DNA from: Candidatus Micrarchaeota archaeon
Lineage (GTDB): Archaea; Micrarchaeota; Micrarchaeia; Anstonellales; Anstonellaceae
Direction of reading: 5' to 3'
DNA: 64,000 bases
NCBI GenBank assembly: GCA_026396415.1
Contig: JAPLWX010000040.1
Coordinates: 25,439 to 89,438 of the forward strand
Shown here: piece after piece, positions 28,066 through 38,014 of the stretch
Layout: each line of letters starts with the position of its first letter
Numbering within the stretch: position 1 is the stretch's first letter
The notes under the pieces: model-generated
Databases searched by the model: none
What the model was told of the DNA's origin: nothing
What the model saw: the letters and a program-made list of their open reading frames with translations, nothing else
Position numbers and translations under genes: made by a program

Positions 28066-29339
28066 AGTCTCCATTCATTGTTTTCAAGGGCGGAAAAATT
28101 GCCACGCCTTTGGGCGTGCGTCGCGCAGATGTATTGGTGGATAGCAAAAGCGGAAGGATTCTGCGCATCTCATCACACATTCTCTCCAAGGGCGCGCGCG
28201 CAATAAACTGCCACTCGCTGATTCTCCTGCCAGGCGCAATCGACCCCCATGTGCACATGCGCGACCCGGAGGATACCAGCAAGGAGAGCTTTTCCACAGG
28301 CACGGCATCCGCGCTGTCAGGCGGTGTCACCACCATAATCGACATGCCCTGCTACCGCAACCCCGCCACCACCACAATTCCCGCGTACAATAAAAAGCGC
28401 GCAATCGCGAGGAAAAAATGCCGCTGCGACTACCAGCTCCGCTTCGGAGCATCGGAGCGCAACCAAAAGGAGGCCGCGCGCAGCAATTCACCCTCGCTCA
28501 AGGTGTTCCTCGCAGACACAGGGAGCGAGCTTTCCTGCTCCTATGCCGCTGCGGCGCGCCATTTCGCGGCATTCCCGAAGGAAAAGCCAATCTGCGTGCA
28601 TGCCGAGGACAGCGCGCGCATAAATGCCCGCAAGCTGCGCTTCGTTGAGCATGAGAAGGTGCGCGACAAGATATCTGCGCAGATTGCCTGTGAAAAAGCG
28701 CTCAAGTTCGCTGCGCGCGCAGGGCGCAGGCGCATACACATGTGCCACCTCACCACTGCAAAGGAAGTGGACATGTGCCGCAGGCACCAAAACGCCACGT
28801 ACGAAATCAACCCAGCGCACCTCCACCTCTGCATAGACGATTTGCGCGACCTGGGCTTTTTGGGCAAGGTGAACCCTCCGCTTCGCGACAGAACCGAGAT
28901 GAAGCGGCTCTGGCGCAAGGTAGGCGACGACACCATAATGGCGTCCGACCATGCGCCCCACCTTCCCAGGCAGAAGAAATCAGGCGCGCCCGGCTTCCCA
29001 GGAGTGGGCACACTGCTTCCCCTCATGCTCCAGGCAGTGCACAGCCGCAAGCTCACCTTGCCTCGCCTCGCGCGCATCACATCATACAATGCCGCGCGCG
29101 CTTTCTCCCTTTCCGGCAAGGGCGAAATAGCAGAGGGCAAGGACGCGGACATCGTGCTTGTGGACATGGCAAGGAAGTGGAGAATCTCCGCGAAAAACCG
29201 GCTGAGCAAATGCGGCTGGACCCCGTTCGAAGGTGCCGAGATCTACGGGAAAATAGAAGGCGTGTACCTCCGCGGCAGGCTCGCGTACGACGGGAAAAAA
29301 GTGCTTTCGCGCGCTGGGAACGGCAAAGAAGTGAAGTGA
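28062..29339 (+). CDS. pyrC: dihydroorotase
   Basis: ATG 28062 overlaps the pyrK stop (ATGA). Metal-binding motif PGAIDPHVHMRDP. Amidohydrolase length. Confidence 0.88.
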   Translation: MKSPFIVFKGGKIATPLGVRRADVLVDSKSGRILRISSHILSKGARAINCHSLILLPGAIDPHVHMRDPEDTSKESFSTGTASALSGGVTTIIDMPCYRNPATTTIPAYNKKRAIARKKCRCDYQLRFGASERNQKEAARSNSPSLKVFLADTGSELSCSYAAAARHFAAFPKEKPICVHAEDSARINARKLRFVEHEKVRDKISAQIACEKALKFAARAGRRRIHMCHLTTAKEVDMCRRHQNATYEINPAHLHLCIDDLRDLGFLGKVNPPLRDRTEMKRLWRKVGDDTIMASDHAPHLPRQKKSGAPGFPGVGTLLPLMLQAVHSRKLTLPRLARITSYNAARAFSLSGKGEIAEGKDADIVLVDMARKWRISAKNRLSKCGWTPFEGAEIYGKIEGVYLRGRLAYDGKKVLSRAGNGKEVK

Positions 29340-29360
29340 GCAAGCCGCACATGTTCTGTC

Positions 29361-29378
29361 GCTTTTTGTGTCTTTTTC
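29361..29378 (+). terminator. oligo-T terminator after pyrC
   Basis: Two T5 runs (29363-29367 and 29373-29377), about 25 nt after the stop codon. Confidence 0.4.
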
Positions 29379-29403
29379 ACCGGCACTCTACTCTCTGCCC
29401 ATG

Positions 29404-29411
29404 TTTATAAG
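29404..29411 (+). promoter_or_regulatory. TATA box upstream of the PIN gene
   Basis: tttataag 22 nt upstream of ATG 29434. Confidence 0.4.
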
Positions 29412-29433
29412 TGAACGGATGCCCTGCTATTTC

Positions 29434-29862
29434 ATGAAGGGTTATCCTGACGCCAACATCTGCATCATCTAACTTTTGGGGCAGAAAGGGGAAGCACTAG
29501 CAGACCTGTTCTTCAAGCAAGGGATAATGTGCAGGTTTTCCATCGTGGCTTCAAACACCATGTTCGCCGAGGTTGCGCAGAGGTGCCAAGAGGAAGGCAA
29601 ACTGCTGCTGCAGAAAAACATCAACGACTTCCGGAAGGCGGGAAAGCTTGAGATAATTGAAAGGACTCCTGAAGAATTGAAGGAAGCGCTGGAAATGGGG
29701 GTAATGACTGGGCAGAAGTTTGGCAGAAACGACATGCTGCACTCCGTCCTCGCCAGGAACCATGCCGATGTTTTTGTGACCAATGACAAAAATCTTGCAA
29801 AGCATGCTGCAAAAACGCAGAAAGCAATGGGCCTTGAGGAATTCGTGGAATCAGAGCCTTAG
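29434..29862 (+). pseudogene. PIN-domain (VapC-like) gene interrupted by an in-frame TAA
   Basis: The frame reads MKGYPDANICII-TAA(29470-29472)-LLGQKGEALADLF... The first acidic PIN residue (DAN) lies before the stop. The C-terminal NDMLHSV..ADVFVTNDKNL lies after it. Confidence 0.6.
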
Positions 29863-30165
29863 CCCCTTCAGCGCCTTTTTCTCATCCATATCCATTATTT
29901 CAGACGCCTTGTAGGGGTCGCCCTTTGCCTTCCGAAGCGCGGCTTTCCAGACCTTGAGGCGCCACGCGCGCATGCTGCCTCGCACCTTCACCTTTCCCTT
30001 GAGCGCGCCGCGCATCCCCTCCAAATCCTTGTAGAGCTTTTCGCGCAGTGCTTCGCGCATGAACTCGGTGCGCGATGCATAGCCCTCGGACTTCACCCGA
30101 AAGCCAATGTCCCTGTCCATGAACTTGGGAATCCTAAGCGAGATAAGGATGGTTTCTTCCTGCAT
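29851..30165 (-). CDS. ribbon-helix-helix (CopG-family) protein
   Basis: MQEETILISLRIPKFMDRDIGFRVKSEGYASRTEFMREALREKL is a typical RHH N-terminus. Its 3' end overlaps the PIN gene 3' end by 12 nt (convergent). Confidence 0.7.
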   Translation of the reverse strand: MQEETILISLRIPKFMDRDIGFRVKSEGYASRTEFMREALREKLYKDLEGMRGALKGKVKVRGSMRAWRLKVWKAALRKAKGDPYKASEIMDMDEKKALKGLRL

Positions 30166-30358
30166 AACATCGCCCTGCTGGCTGCTGTAATACAATGTGA
30201 TACAGAAGGCTAATAATGGTTGCGCCGCCCGCGCCAGGACGCTTCCCGGCCCGTCTTGGACCGATTTGGACCAAACGGTCCAGCCAGTTTTTATATGCAC
30301 TGTTCAGCGCAAGCCAGTTGGAAATCAAGCCGATGTGCTTGGCTTCCAGGTGGTTGAA

Positions 30359-32323
30359 ATGAAAAAAGAAATCATGATATTCGCTCTGGCTGCGATGGCG
30401 CTTGCCGGGATTGCGCAGGCGAACGTTGCGCCAACAATTACGAGCGTAAGCGGCGCCACTAGCCTGCTGGTCAACACTGAAGGCACATGGCAGATTTCAG
30501 CATACGACCCTGATGCAGCGTACCTCACCTATTCTGTGAGCTGGGGCGACGGGTCGGTTTCACCCTCTTCGGCTTCAGCAGGCCCATTCCGGCACACATA
30601 TGCCCTGCCTGCAAACTATACTGCTATGTTCACCGTGACTGACGACCAGGGCGCATCCACGCAATCGCAGGTTTTGGTGCAAGCCTACAAAATAGCAGTG
30701 CCAGACTGCCCTGGTTTCACAAGGCTTGTCCCTGGCGACAGTATCTCTGACGGAAAATACTCAATAGAGCTTGTCAGCGTGCAAGGGCCGAATCCATTTG
30801 CGATTGAGGAAAGTGCAACTTTCGCATTGAAAGACGGTCAGGCAGAAATCAGCCATCAGAGCATTGGCAAAGCTGCGGCATTCCGCAGCACCATGCCAAA
30901 CGGCGACCAAATAGAAGTGGGGCTTTGCGACGTGGCAAGCGACCCCTCCCCTTCCTACCAAGGCTTGGATGATGCGTACCTGAAGCTGTTTGTGAACGGC
31001 AAAGCCGCAACCTATGGCTACCAGCCGTCTGTTGAGGACACATGCCAAAATGATTCGCAGTTCACTCTTATCCATGTGGGTAACGTGGTGGGCAATTCAT
31101 ATCTTCAAGCAAGGCTCAGCGACATAAGCGTGGCATCCGGGTCAAAAAATACCCATCCTGCCATACTGGATATCCTGAGTGCATCAGACAATTTCACAGT
31201 GCAAATAATGCAAGTTACGATAGCACCCTTCTATCTCGAGCGGTACACCCTTCCATGGGGCAAAAAACTGTTCATCACAGCATGTCGCGTAGGCTCGGGT
31301 TTCGCGCTAAATTCAAAATGGGTCGAGATAAAGGTGCAGGACGAGAACGGCGAGGTCATGCGTCCTCCTAGCCAGTCGCCAGCAATCTCCCCGCCAGCCC
31401 AAAACACATCGCCTCTGCCTGCACAGCCTGCGCAAAACCAGCCTCCTGTGATAACAAGCGTTTCAGGCTCCACAAGCCTTGAACCAAACGAAACCGGCAT
31501 GTGGGGCATTTCGGCGTACGACTCCGATGGCGTCCTTTTGAACTACAGCGTGCAATGGGGCGACGGGGGCAGCTACCAATCAGGGTCCATTGCCTTTGCG
31601 CAATTCGGCTCTGTTGCAAACATCCTGCACGCATACTCCCAGGCGGGCAACTACACAATAAACTTCACAGTGGCGGATAGCTCTGGCGCAACGGCGCAGA
31701 TGTCTGCAAACGTAACTGTGGGGAATGCCTGTTCTGACACGGACGGCGGTCCGGATATTTATGTGAAGGGCACGGCATCCGGCTACGAGGCAGGAACACT
31801 GAACTATGTAGTAAGGACAGACTACTGCAAATCCCCAACGGAAATTGTCGAGTATTTTCGGGAGTATTCCTGCACTGTCAATAACAGGACATGGGAATGC
31901 CCGAATGGCTGCTATGATGGAGCTTGCAATCCGCCCGTGCCTGGCGGTGCTGCACCGTCTCCCGCCCCGCCGCCGCCAACCGTGTCGAAACCTGCGGTTC
32001 CATGCGACTTCTGCCCGTCCTCTTGCACCAGGGCTCCTCCGGTTGGAGATGTCTGCAGCCCTTGCAGGTGCCCTGCCAACCTAGGCTTCTGCGACGCAGC
32101 CGGGCTGCGACAGGCGATAAACGGAACGCAGGCATACTGCTTCAGCCAGCTTTGGCTTGCGCAGAAGGGCAATAACCAGACCTGCCAGAACAGCTTTGAA
32201 TGCAAAAGCAACTTCTGCAGCAGCGGTGCGTGCTATGACATTGCATATGATGTCCAGAAAGACAAGGGCACCCTGCAGATGATTATTGACTGGCTCAGGA
32301 ACCTGTTCGGGTTTCGAGCATAA
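30359..32323 (+). CDS. secreted surface protein with two PKD-like domains and a Cys-rich C-terminus
   Basis: Signal peptide MKKEIMIFALAAMALAGIAQA. Two PKD-type modules (PTITSVSG..YSVSWGDGS and PVITSVSG..YSVQWGDGG). Pro-rich linkers. Confidence 0.75.
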   Translation: MKKEIMIFALAAMALAGIAQANVAPTITSVSGATSLLVNTEGTWQISAYDPDAAYLTYSVSWGDGSVSPSSASAGPFRHTYALPANYTAMFTVTDDQGASTQSQVLVQAYKIAVPDCPGFTRLVPGDSISDGKYSIELVSVQGPNPFAIEESATFALKDGQAEISHQSIGKAAAFRSTMPNGDQIEVGLCDVASDPSPSYQGLDDAYLKLFVNGKAATYGYQPSVEDTCQNDSQFTLIHVGNVVGNSYLQARLSDISVASGSKNTHPAILDILSASDNFTVQIMQVTIAPFYLERYTLPWGKKLFITACRVGSGFALNSKWVEIKVQDENGEVMRPPSQSPAISPPAQNTSPLPAQPAQNQPPVITSVSGSTSLEPNETGMWGISAYDSDGVLLNYSVQWGDGGSYQSGSIAFAQFGSVANILHAYSQAGNYTINFTVADSSGATAQMSANVTVGNACSDTDGGPDIYVKGTASGYEAGTLNYVVRTDYCKSPTEIVEYFREYSCTVNNRTWECPNGCYDGACNPPVPGGAAPSPAPPPPTVSKPAVPCDFCPSSCTRAPPVGDVCSPCRCPANLGFCDAAGLRQAINGTQAYCFSQLWLAQKGNNQTCQNSFECKSNFCSSGACYDIAYDVQKDKGTLQMIIDWLRNLFGFRA

Positions 32324-32373
32324 AGGACGAGCCAGAGCATGTTATAAAAACAGCGAATGAAAAGGTGATTTGA

Positions 32374-33375
32374 ATGGGGAAAGGTAACAAGAAAATGGAA
32401 AAAGCGGGCAAAATCGCATTTGCGATGGTGCTTGCGCTTTTGATGGTCTCGCTTGCATCAGCCGCAGGCGCGGCTGCGCAGGTGCAGATCGGCTGCTCAG
32501 TTTTCCCAAGCCTCTCGCTTGGGGATGAGAAAATAACCGTGATTGCCGGAAGGCTGGCCGCTCTGCCCATAACAGTATCTGGCGCACAGGCATCTTCCTG
32601 CGGCGCGCAACAGTATGGCGTGGACTTCACAAACGGCTATGACGGGAAGCAGTTTGTGCTCGCGCTTTCAGGGCTTCAGGAGCGCAACCTGTTCCAACTT
32701 GCTTCAGGCAAGGAAAAAACATTCGAGGGCCTGATTGGCGTGCCGCCAGGCACAGAGCCAGGCAACTACACCGTACAGGTGACTGCCTATCTGGAAGCAG
32801 ACCACTGGAAGCAGGTGAGCAAAACCATCAGGGTCGAGGTAAAGCCTGCGGCAGGGAGCGACGCCAGCTGGGCAACCAATCTTAACATAGGCTGGAATCT
32901 TGTCCCGTATGCAGAAGGCATAGGCGTGTACGGCTGCAACGAAATAATAACTGGCTACCGCTACTCGCCCACAAGCGGCGAATACGTGCAGATGGACAGG
33001 TTTGGCGCGCAATTCTCGCCAGCGCCATTCGAGCCCAATGTGGAGAACGAGCGCTTTGGCGGAATGTTCGTGTTCTCCACCAAGCGCTGCACAATGGAAA
33101 GCCGCGTGCCGCCGGAAACGCTGGCGAATGCAAAGGTTTCGCTATTCGGCGGGCAGCTCCTCTCCATATCGCCTGCATGGAACAACAAGGAAGCAGGCGC
33201 CATTGCACAGGAATGCGCAAGCCAGTCAGGCACGCAAGCCTCGCAGGTTCAGCTGAGGAAATGGGATGCGGCAAAGCAGGAGTGGATTACGCCAGCGCAA
33301 AGCGACCTCCTCTCAAACGGTGAGGTGTGGAAAATCCTGCCCAAAGGCGAATGCGAGCTTGGCTTGTCAGGATAG
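32374..33375 (+). CDS. secreted hypothetical protein
   Basis: N-terminal signal/anchor (IAFAMVLALLMVSLASAAGAAA). Beta-rich. No family recognised. Confidence 0.6.
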   Translation: MGKGNKKMEKAGKIAFAMVLALLMVSLASAAGAAAQVQIGCSVFPSLSLGDEKITVIAGRLAALPITVSGAQASSCGAQQYGVDFTNGYDGKQFVLALSGLQERNLFQLASGKEKTFEGLIGVPPGTEPGNYTVQVTAYLEADHWKQVSKTIRVEVKPAAGSDASWATNLNIGWNLVPYAEGIGVYGCNEIITGYRYSPTSGEYVQMDRFGAQFSPAPFEPNVENERFGGMFVFSTKRCTMESRVPPETLANAKVSLFGGQLLSISPAWNNKEAGAIAQECASQSGTQASQVQLRKWDAAKQEWITPAQSDLLSNGEVWKILPKGECELGLSG

Positions 33376-33383
33376 GTGGATGC

Positions 33384-34355
33384 ATGAGACACACAATTGC
33401 ATTGGCGCTTTGCCTGCTGCTCCTGCCTATGGCATTTGCAGTTCCGCCTTCATTTTCCGACGACTATCCCTGCGTTTTTTCAATCGCATCCACATCGCCG
33501 CTGCCTGCAGACTCCATAATCTACGCGCAATATCTCGGCGCGCATGGCAACAACCGCAGCACCGCCATAGTGTCAAGGGAGGGAAGCTCAGCCACGCTCT
33601 ATGCGGATTCGCCAGCCATAGAAGTCGCCCTAAAATACGACGACCCCTCCACCCCTGCACCTGATGGGATTTGGGAAGGGGTGGCAAGCTGCAATGGCAA
33701 GGCGCAGGCAATCCCCCTGCATTTTGTGGGCGGCATCACAGGCACGCTTTTCTACCAGAACGGCTCGGTCGCATCAGGCGTGATGGTGGAAATGGCTTGC
33801 TCTGCTGGCGAGCAGAGGGAAATTTCCACAAGCGAGACAGGAAGCTTCGCTTTCAGCAATGTGCCTGAAGGCAGCTGCGTCCTTTCCTCAAAATCAGGCG
33901 AGGATTCCTCGCAGCTCGAGGTGAATGTGGAGCGCGGAGATTTCAGGAAAGTGGAGATGCAGCTTGCAAAGCCTGACAAGACGCTCATATTCTCGGCGGT
34001 TGCCCTGCTTGCGCTTGCCATACTCGCACTGTACTTTCTCCTGGGCAGGGGCAAGGCAGGCGGCGCAGCTCGGCAAAAAGGGACAAGGCAGCCTCCCGTG
34101 CAGCCGCCAAACGTCACGACAAAGCGCCAGTCAGACCTTCTTGCAACGCTTGACGAGAAGGAGAAAAAAATCATGGAATACGTGCAGCACCACGCGCCCT
34201 CATCTGTGCGCGTATCCCGCCTGCGCCGCGACCTTCTCATCCCGAAAACATCGCTCACGCGCACGCTCTCCGCGCTTGAGAGGAAGCAGTTCCTGAAAAT
34301 TGGCAAGGTGGGGTCGCGCACCTACGCCGAGCTTCACAGCTTCTACAAAAGCTAG
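33384..34355 (+). CDS. membrane-tethered winged-helix transcription regulator with an extracytoplasmic domain
   Basis: Domain order is signal peptide, carboxypeptidase-regulatory-like beta domain (GTLFYQNGS..SFAFSNVPEGSCVL), one TM helix, then a MarR-like wHTH (KKIMEYVQHH..VSRLRRDLLIPKTSLTRTLSALERKQFL). Confidence 0.65.
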   Translation: MRHTIALALCLLLLPMAFAVPPSFSDDYPCVFSIASTSPLPADSIIYAQYLGAHGNNRSTAIVSREGSSATLYADSPAIEVALKYDDPSTPAPDGIWEGVASCNGKAQAIPLHFVGGITGTLFYQNGSVASGVMVEMACSAGEQREISTSETGSFAFSNVPEGSCVLSSKSGEDSSQLEVNVERGDFRKVEMQLAKPDKTLIFSAVALLALAILALYFLLGRGKAGGAARQKGTRQPPVQPPNVTTKRQSDLLATLDEKEKKIMEYVQHHAPSSVRVSRLRRDLLIPKTSLTRTLSALERKQFLKIGKVGSRTYAELHSFYKS

Positions 34356-34359
34356 GGGG

Positions 34360-34812
34360 TCACTGCACGCTCAAGCCCACCTGCGCGGAATCGGGGGCAG
34401 CGCGCATGGCTGAGAGTGCGCTCACCTCTATGAAATAGGTTCCTGACTTCGTGATGCGCTCAAAGCCGGTGGACGTGAGGTTGAACGCGCTGCCTGCCAC
34501 TATCTGTTTTTTCCCGCTTGCAGAATCCATGTCAATCACAATGTCCCTGCCGTTCACACGGACGCTCTTCACATATGGCGGAACCTCTATCTCGTCAATC
34601 ACCTTGGCGCCCCCTCCCAAATAGCCGACCGAATCGGCAAGCGAGGCGAGCCTGTGGGCTGCAAACTCCGCCTTCTGCACGGACAAATCCTCGCCCGAGA
34701 CATTGGCGCGCCCGTATGCGTAAAGCAGCACGGGCATGAGGAGGAACAGCGCCATGCCTACCAGGATGAGTATCTCCGTGCTCATCTGCCCGCGCGCGCA
34801 TCCGTTTCCCAT
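34360..34812 (-). CDS. archaeal type IV pilin-like protein (class III signal peptide, DUF361-like)
   Basis: N-terminus MGNGCARG|QMSTEILILVGMALFLL fits the [KR]G/Q-x-S-x-E plus hydrophobic-helix prepilin motif. Confidence 0.6.
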   Translation of the reverse strand: MGNGCARGQMSTEILILVGMALFLLMPVLLYAYGRANVSGEDLSVQKAEFAAHRLASLADSVGYLGGGAKVIDEIEVPPYVKSVRVNGRDIVIDMDSASGKKQIVAGSAFNLTSTGFERITKSGTYFIEVSALSAMRAAPDSAQVGLSVQ

Positions 34813-34852
34813 AATTACTTTTCTCCCGCTTACATTATTATTTGTATTGCAT

Positions 34853-36346
34853 TCAACTGGGCGCCGCGGCGTTCAGCCTTGCAACCGCCAGCCTTTTTTT
34901 CTCGTCAATCACCGCGAAGACGAGCACGAGGAAAAACATGGTGGCAAGCAGGATTATCAGCATGGGGTTGAACACGTAGAACGGCACCACCTTGCCGCCC
35001 ACCACGAAGCTGTCCGCAAGCGCGGACATGTTGTATATGGAATGTATGGCGATGGCGAGGAATACGCATGGCACGAATGCCATCCTTGCCACCGACCTGA
35101 GGTGCCTGATGCTCCTCGCATAGCCTATGGGCGTGGAAATCGCGGCCGTGAAGCAGCCATGGGCAAGCGTGTTGAAGAACGAGCGGTAAAGTATGAGCGT
35201 TGCCCAGCTGACAAAGCCGATGTCGAACGGGTTTGTCTTGAACGAGAAGTAAAACCAGTTCTCCACGAAGGCGAATCCCGCGCCGCACGTGAAGCCAAGC
35301 AGCAGGCCGGTCAGCGCGTCATTGTAATCGTGGTGCCCCGACATGAAAAGTATGCCTATGCCCTTGAACGTCTCCTCCACGACAGGCGAAACCAGCATGG
35401 TGGCCACAATCACGTAAGGCGCAATGTCCACCCCCCTAAGCTCGGATATCACGCCTGAGCTTACCAGGAGGGACAGGAAGGCGGCGAACATGCCCCACAC
35501 GAACATGCCTGCGAAAAACCTGAGCGGCTTGCCCTCCTCCCGCTTCTCGAAATACCACGCTGCAGCAAAGTAAACGAAGGGGATTGCAAACGAGCCGACT
35601 GCCGAGAGGAGCATGATCTTCACGGCGTCGTCCGCGCCTGTTGCCTGCGTGAGGGATTGGAGCATTATCCACACGAGAACGCCGACGCAGGCAAGCTCGA
35701 ACACGAGCGTTACCGGGTGCATGATGAGGTCTGCGACTTTCTCCTCGAACGGCCTGTCCATCGCATTCGGCACGATCAGTGTCTGCATGGTATACTCGCC
35801 CTTCACGCTTTCCGGGCTCTTGGTGCGGTATGCATACCTTGCCACCGCGAAAAGAAGGACGATCAACACCAGCGTGACTGATGGCACCCATATAAGCACC
35901 ATGCTTGTGAGGCTGGACCGCACCGCCTTCTCATATTCCTCCCAGTTCTCGCTTATCTCGAAAAACGTCCCATAGACAGTCCCGTCCGCCCCCCTGCCGA
36001 CAATGGCATACCTGGTCTTTGCAACGGTCTTCTTGTCATATTGCGCGCTTATCTCAAGGCCTATGCTGTTCTTTGCATTCGGGGCAATGGCGCCCAGCAG
36101 GTTGACGAATTTCCACCCGTCCGCCTCCTGCCTGATAAGATAGACCGACATCGGCTCGTCGTTCGGGTTCCGTATCTCCGCGTCAACGATGATTATCTGC
36201 GGGCTCTTGAGGAACGTGCTGTTCTGGATGGATAGGTCCGCATCCAGCCCGTTGGAAAAATCCGCAAGCTGGTTGGCAAGGTCATCCGCGAAAATTACCT
36301 GCGAGGACAGGAGGGCGAATGCGAGAAAAAAGAGGGTTTTTTGCAC
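34853..36346 (-). CDS. PrsW-family intramembrane protease with an N-terminal extracytoplasmic domain
   Basis: Signal peptide and multiple TM helices. Motifs VVEETFKG (EExxK) and AIHSIYNM (HxxxN). Confidence 0.7.
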   Translation of the reverse strand: MQKTLFFLAFALLSSQVIFADDLANQLADFSNGLDADLSIQNSTFLKSPQIIIVDAEIRNPNDEPMSVYLIRQEADGWKFVNLLGAIAPNAKNSIGLEISAQYDKKTVAKTRYAIVGRGADGTVYGTFFEISENWEEYEKAVRSSLTSMVLIWVPSVTLVLIVLLFAVARYAYRTKSPESVKGEYTMQTLIVPNAMDRPFEEKVADLIMHPVTLVFELACVGVLVWIMLQSLTQATGADDAVKIMLLSAVGSFAIPFVYFAAAWYFEKREEGKPLRFFAGMFVWGMFAAFLSLLVSSGVISELRGVDIAPYVIVATMLVSPVVEETFKGIGILFMSGHHDYNDALTGLLLGFTCGAGFAFVENWFYFSFKTNPFDIGFVSWATLILYRSFFNTLAHGCFTAAISTPIGYARSIRHLRSVARMAFVPCVFLAIAIHSIYNMSALADSFVVGGKVVPFYVFNPMLIILLATMFFLVLVFAVIDEKKRLAVARLNAAAPS

Positions 36347-36355
36347 ATTGATCCC

Positions 36356-38014
36356 TTAGAATGGTATGGGCACGTAAAGCCCGATGTTCCTCAGAATCCA
36401 AACATAGACCTTGTACCAGATTTCGTTCCTCCTCTTGATGATGTCCAAAAGCTCCTTGAACGCCTCCTTTTCCGCCGACGCGAGCTTGCTTTCAGTGACC
36501 TTTATGTGCTCCTTGCCGTCCACCACGGTCTTCTCCTCCTGCGAGCCTATCTGCTTCTTCGCCTGCGCGTACCAAGGCGGGAGGGTGGATTTTTTCTTCT
36601 TCAGAGCGGATATGAAATCCTCGGTGGTGACCGAGCGCTGGTGGCCTGTCTTGAAAGCCGTCCTCCACGGTATTGCCGCCGCCTCCTCCACCACTGCCTT
36701 GAGGTCTGCCGACGCATAGCCTACTGTCGCCAGCGCCAGCCTGAAATAGCAGATGCGCGCAGCCGCAGGCACTTTCTTGCCATGCAGCCGCAAGATGTCC
36801 TGCCTTGAGTTGAAATCCGGCTCGGGAATGATGACTGCCTTGCCGAAACGGCCCGACCTCCTAAGCGCCGGGTCGACGTCCCATGGCGCGTTGGTCGCCC
36901 CCACCACGAGCACGTTCGAGTTGTTCGACTCCACGCCGTCCATCTCGAAGAGCAGCTGGTTCACCGCCATCTTCATGTGCGCATTGGACTGCCCCATGTC
37001 CTCCCTTCTCCCAGCCATCGCCTCCACTTCGTCGAAAAAGACAATGCACGGCGCGTTCTTCCTGGCGGTCTCGAAAATGTTGTGCAGGTTCTTTTCCGTG
37101 TTGCCCACGTACATGTCCACGATGTCCGAGATTTTCGCGTTGATGAAGTTCGACTGGCACTCGCCTGCCGCCGCCTTCATGATGAAGGTCTTGCCGCATC
37201 CTGGCGGGCCGTAAAGCATGATGCCGCCTCCCGCGAGCTTGCCGTATTTCTTCGCCAGCTCCGGCTTGAGGAGCGGATAAACAATCGCCTCGTTTATCTC
37301 CTCCTTCATCTTCTTCATCCCTGCCACCTGGTCGAACTTCATGGTGGGCCTGGAGAGGAGCTTTGCCGCGTTTATCCCCTGGTTCTGCGCGTTGGGGTCG
37401 CCTCCGCCGATTGCCTGCGTGCCGCCGCCTCCCGCCTGCTTGCCCTTGGCTATGTCCCGGTGGTTTATCGCCTCGGTGAACTGCGGGTTGAGCTCTATCG
37501 CCTTGTCATAATCCGCAATCGCCTTGTCGAGCTGGTTCAGGTAGTCGTATGCGAGGCCCCTGATGTGGTATGCCTCCGAGAAGCTGCTGTTGAGCTTTAT
37601 CACATCGGTGAAATCCTCCACTGCCTTCTCATAGTCCTGCAGGCATGCGTAGGCAAGCCCCCTGTTGTAGAACGCCTTGAGGTATTTCGGATTCAGGGCA
37701 AGCGCGCGCTCGTAGTCCTCAATCGACTCGTTGAACTGCTGCTTCCTGTAATACGCGTCGCCCCTGTTGTTGTAGATGACCGGGTTCTTCGGGTCAAGCT
37801 CGGCGGACTTCGAATAGTCGGCAATCCCCTTGTCGAAGTTCTTCAGGTTGTAGTGGCAAAGCCCCCTGTTGAAGTATGCCTCGGAAAAGGTCGGGTTCAG
37901 TATTATCGCGGTGTTGTAAGCCTCTATGGCCTTGTCATAGTCGCCCTTCTCGTAGAGCGTATTGCCGCGGTGGTAATACGTCCGCGCGTCTGTAGGGCTT
38001 GGTTTGTCCGCCAT
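36356..38014 (-). CDS. TPR-repeat protein fused to a classical AAA ATPase domain
   Basis: About 6 TPR units (e.g. AIEAYNTAIILNPTFSEAYFNRG). Walker A GPPGCGKT, Walker B IVFFDEVE, SRH region ATNAPWDVDPALRRSGRF. Confidence 0.85.
   Translation of the reverse strand: MADKPSPTDARTYYHRGNTLYEKGDYDKAIEAYNTAIILNPTFSEAYFNRGLCHYNLKNFDKGIADYSKSAELDPKNPVIYNNRGDAYYRKQQFNESIEDYERALALNPKYLKAFYNRGLAYACLQDYEKAVEDFTDVIKLNSSFSEAYHIRGLAYDYLNQLDKAIADYDKAIELNPQFTEAINHRDIAKGKQAGGGGTQAIGGGDPNAQNQGINAAKLLSRPTMKFDQVAGMKKMKEEINEAIVYPLLKPELAKKYGKLAGGGIMLYGPPGCGKTFIMKAAAGECQSNFINAKISDIVDMYVGNTEKNLHNIFETARKNAPCIVFFDEVEAMAGRREDMGQSNAHMKMAVNQLLFEMDGVESNNSNVLVVGATNAPWDVDPALRRSGRFGKAVIIPEPDFNSRQDILRLHGKKVPAAARICYFRLALATVGYASADLKAVVEEAAAIPWRTAFKTGHQRSVTTEDFISALKKKKSTLPPWYAQAKKQIGSQEEKTVVDGKEHIKVTESKLASAEKEAFKELLDIIKRRNEIWYKVYVWILRNIGLYVPIPF

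Noticed and set aside
29470-29472. Stop-codon reassignment (TAA read as sense) as an explanation for the interrupted PIN gene.
   Set aside because: TAA clearly terminates well-conserved genes in this window at their expected ends (for example top6A at 14098-14100 and the MFS gene at 7623-7625). A nonsense mutation is the simpler reading.
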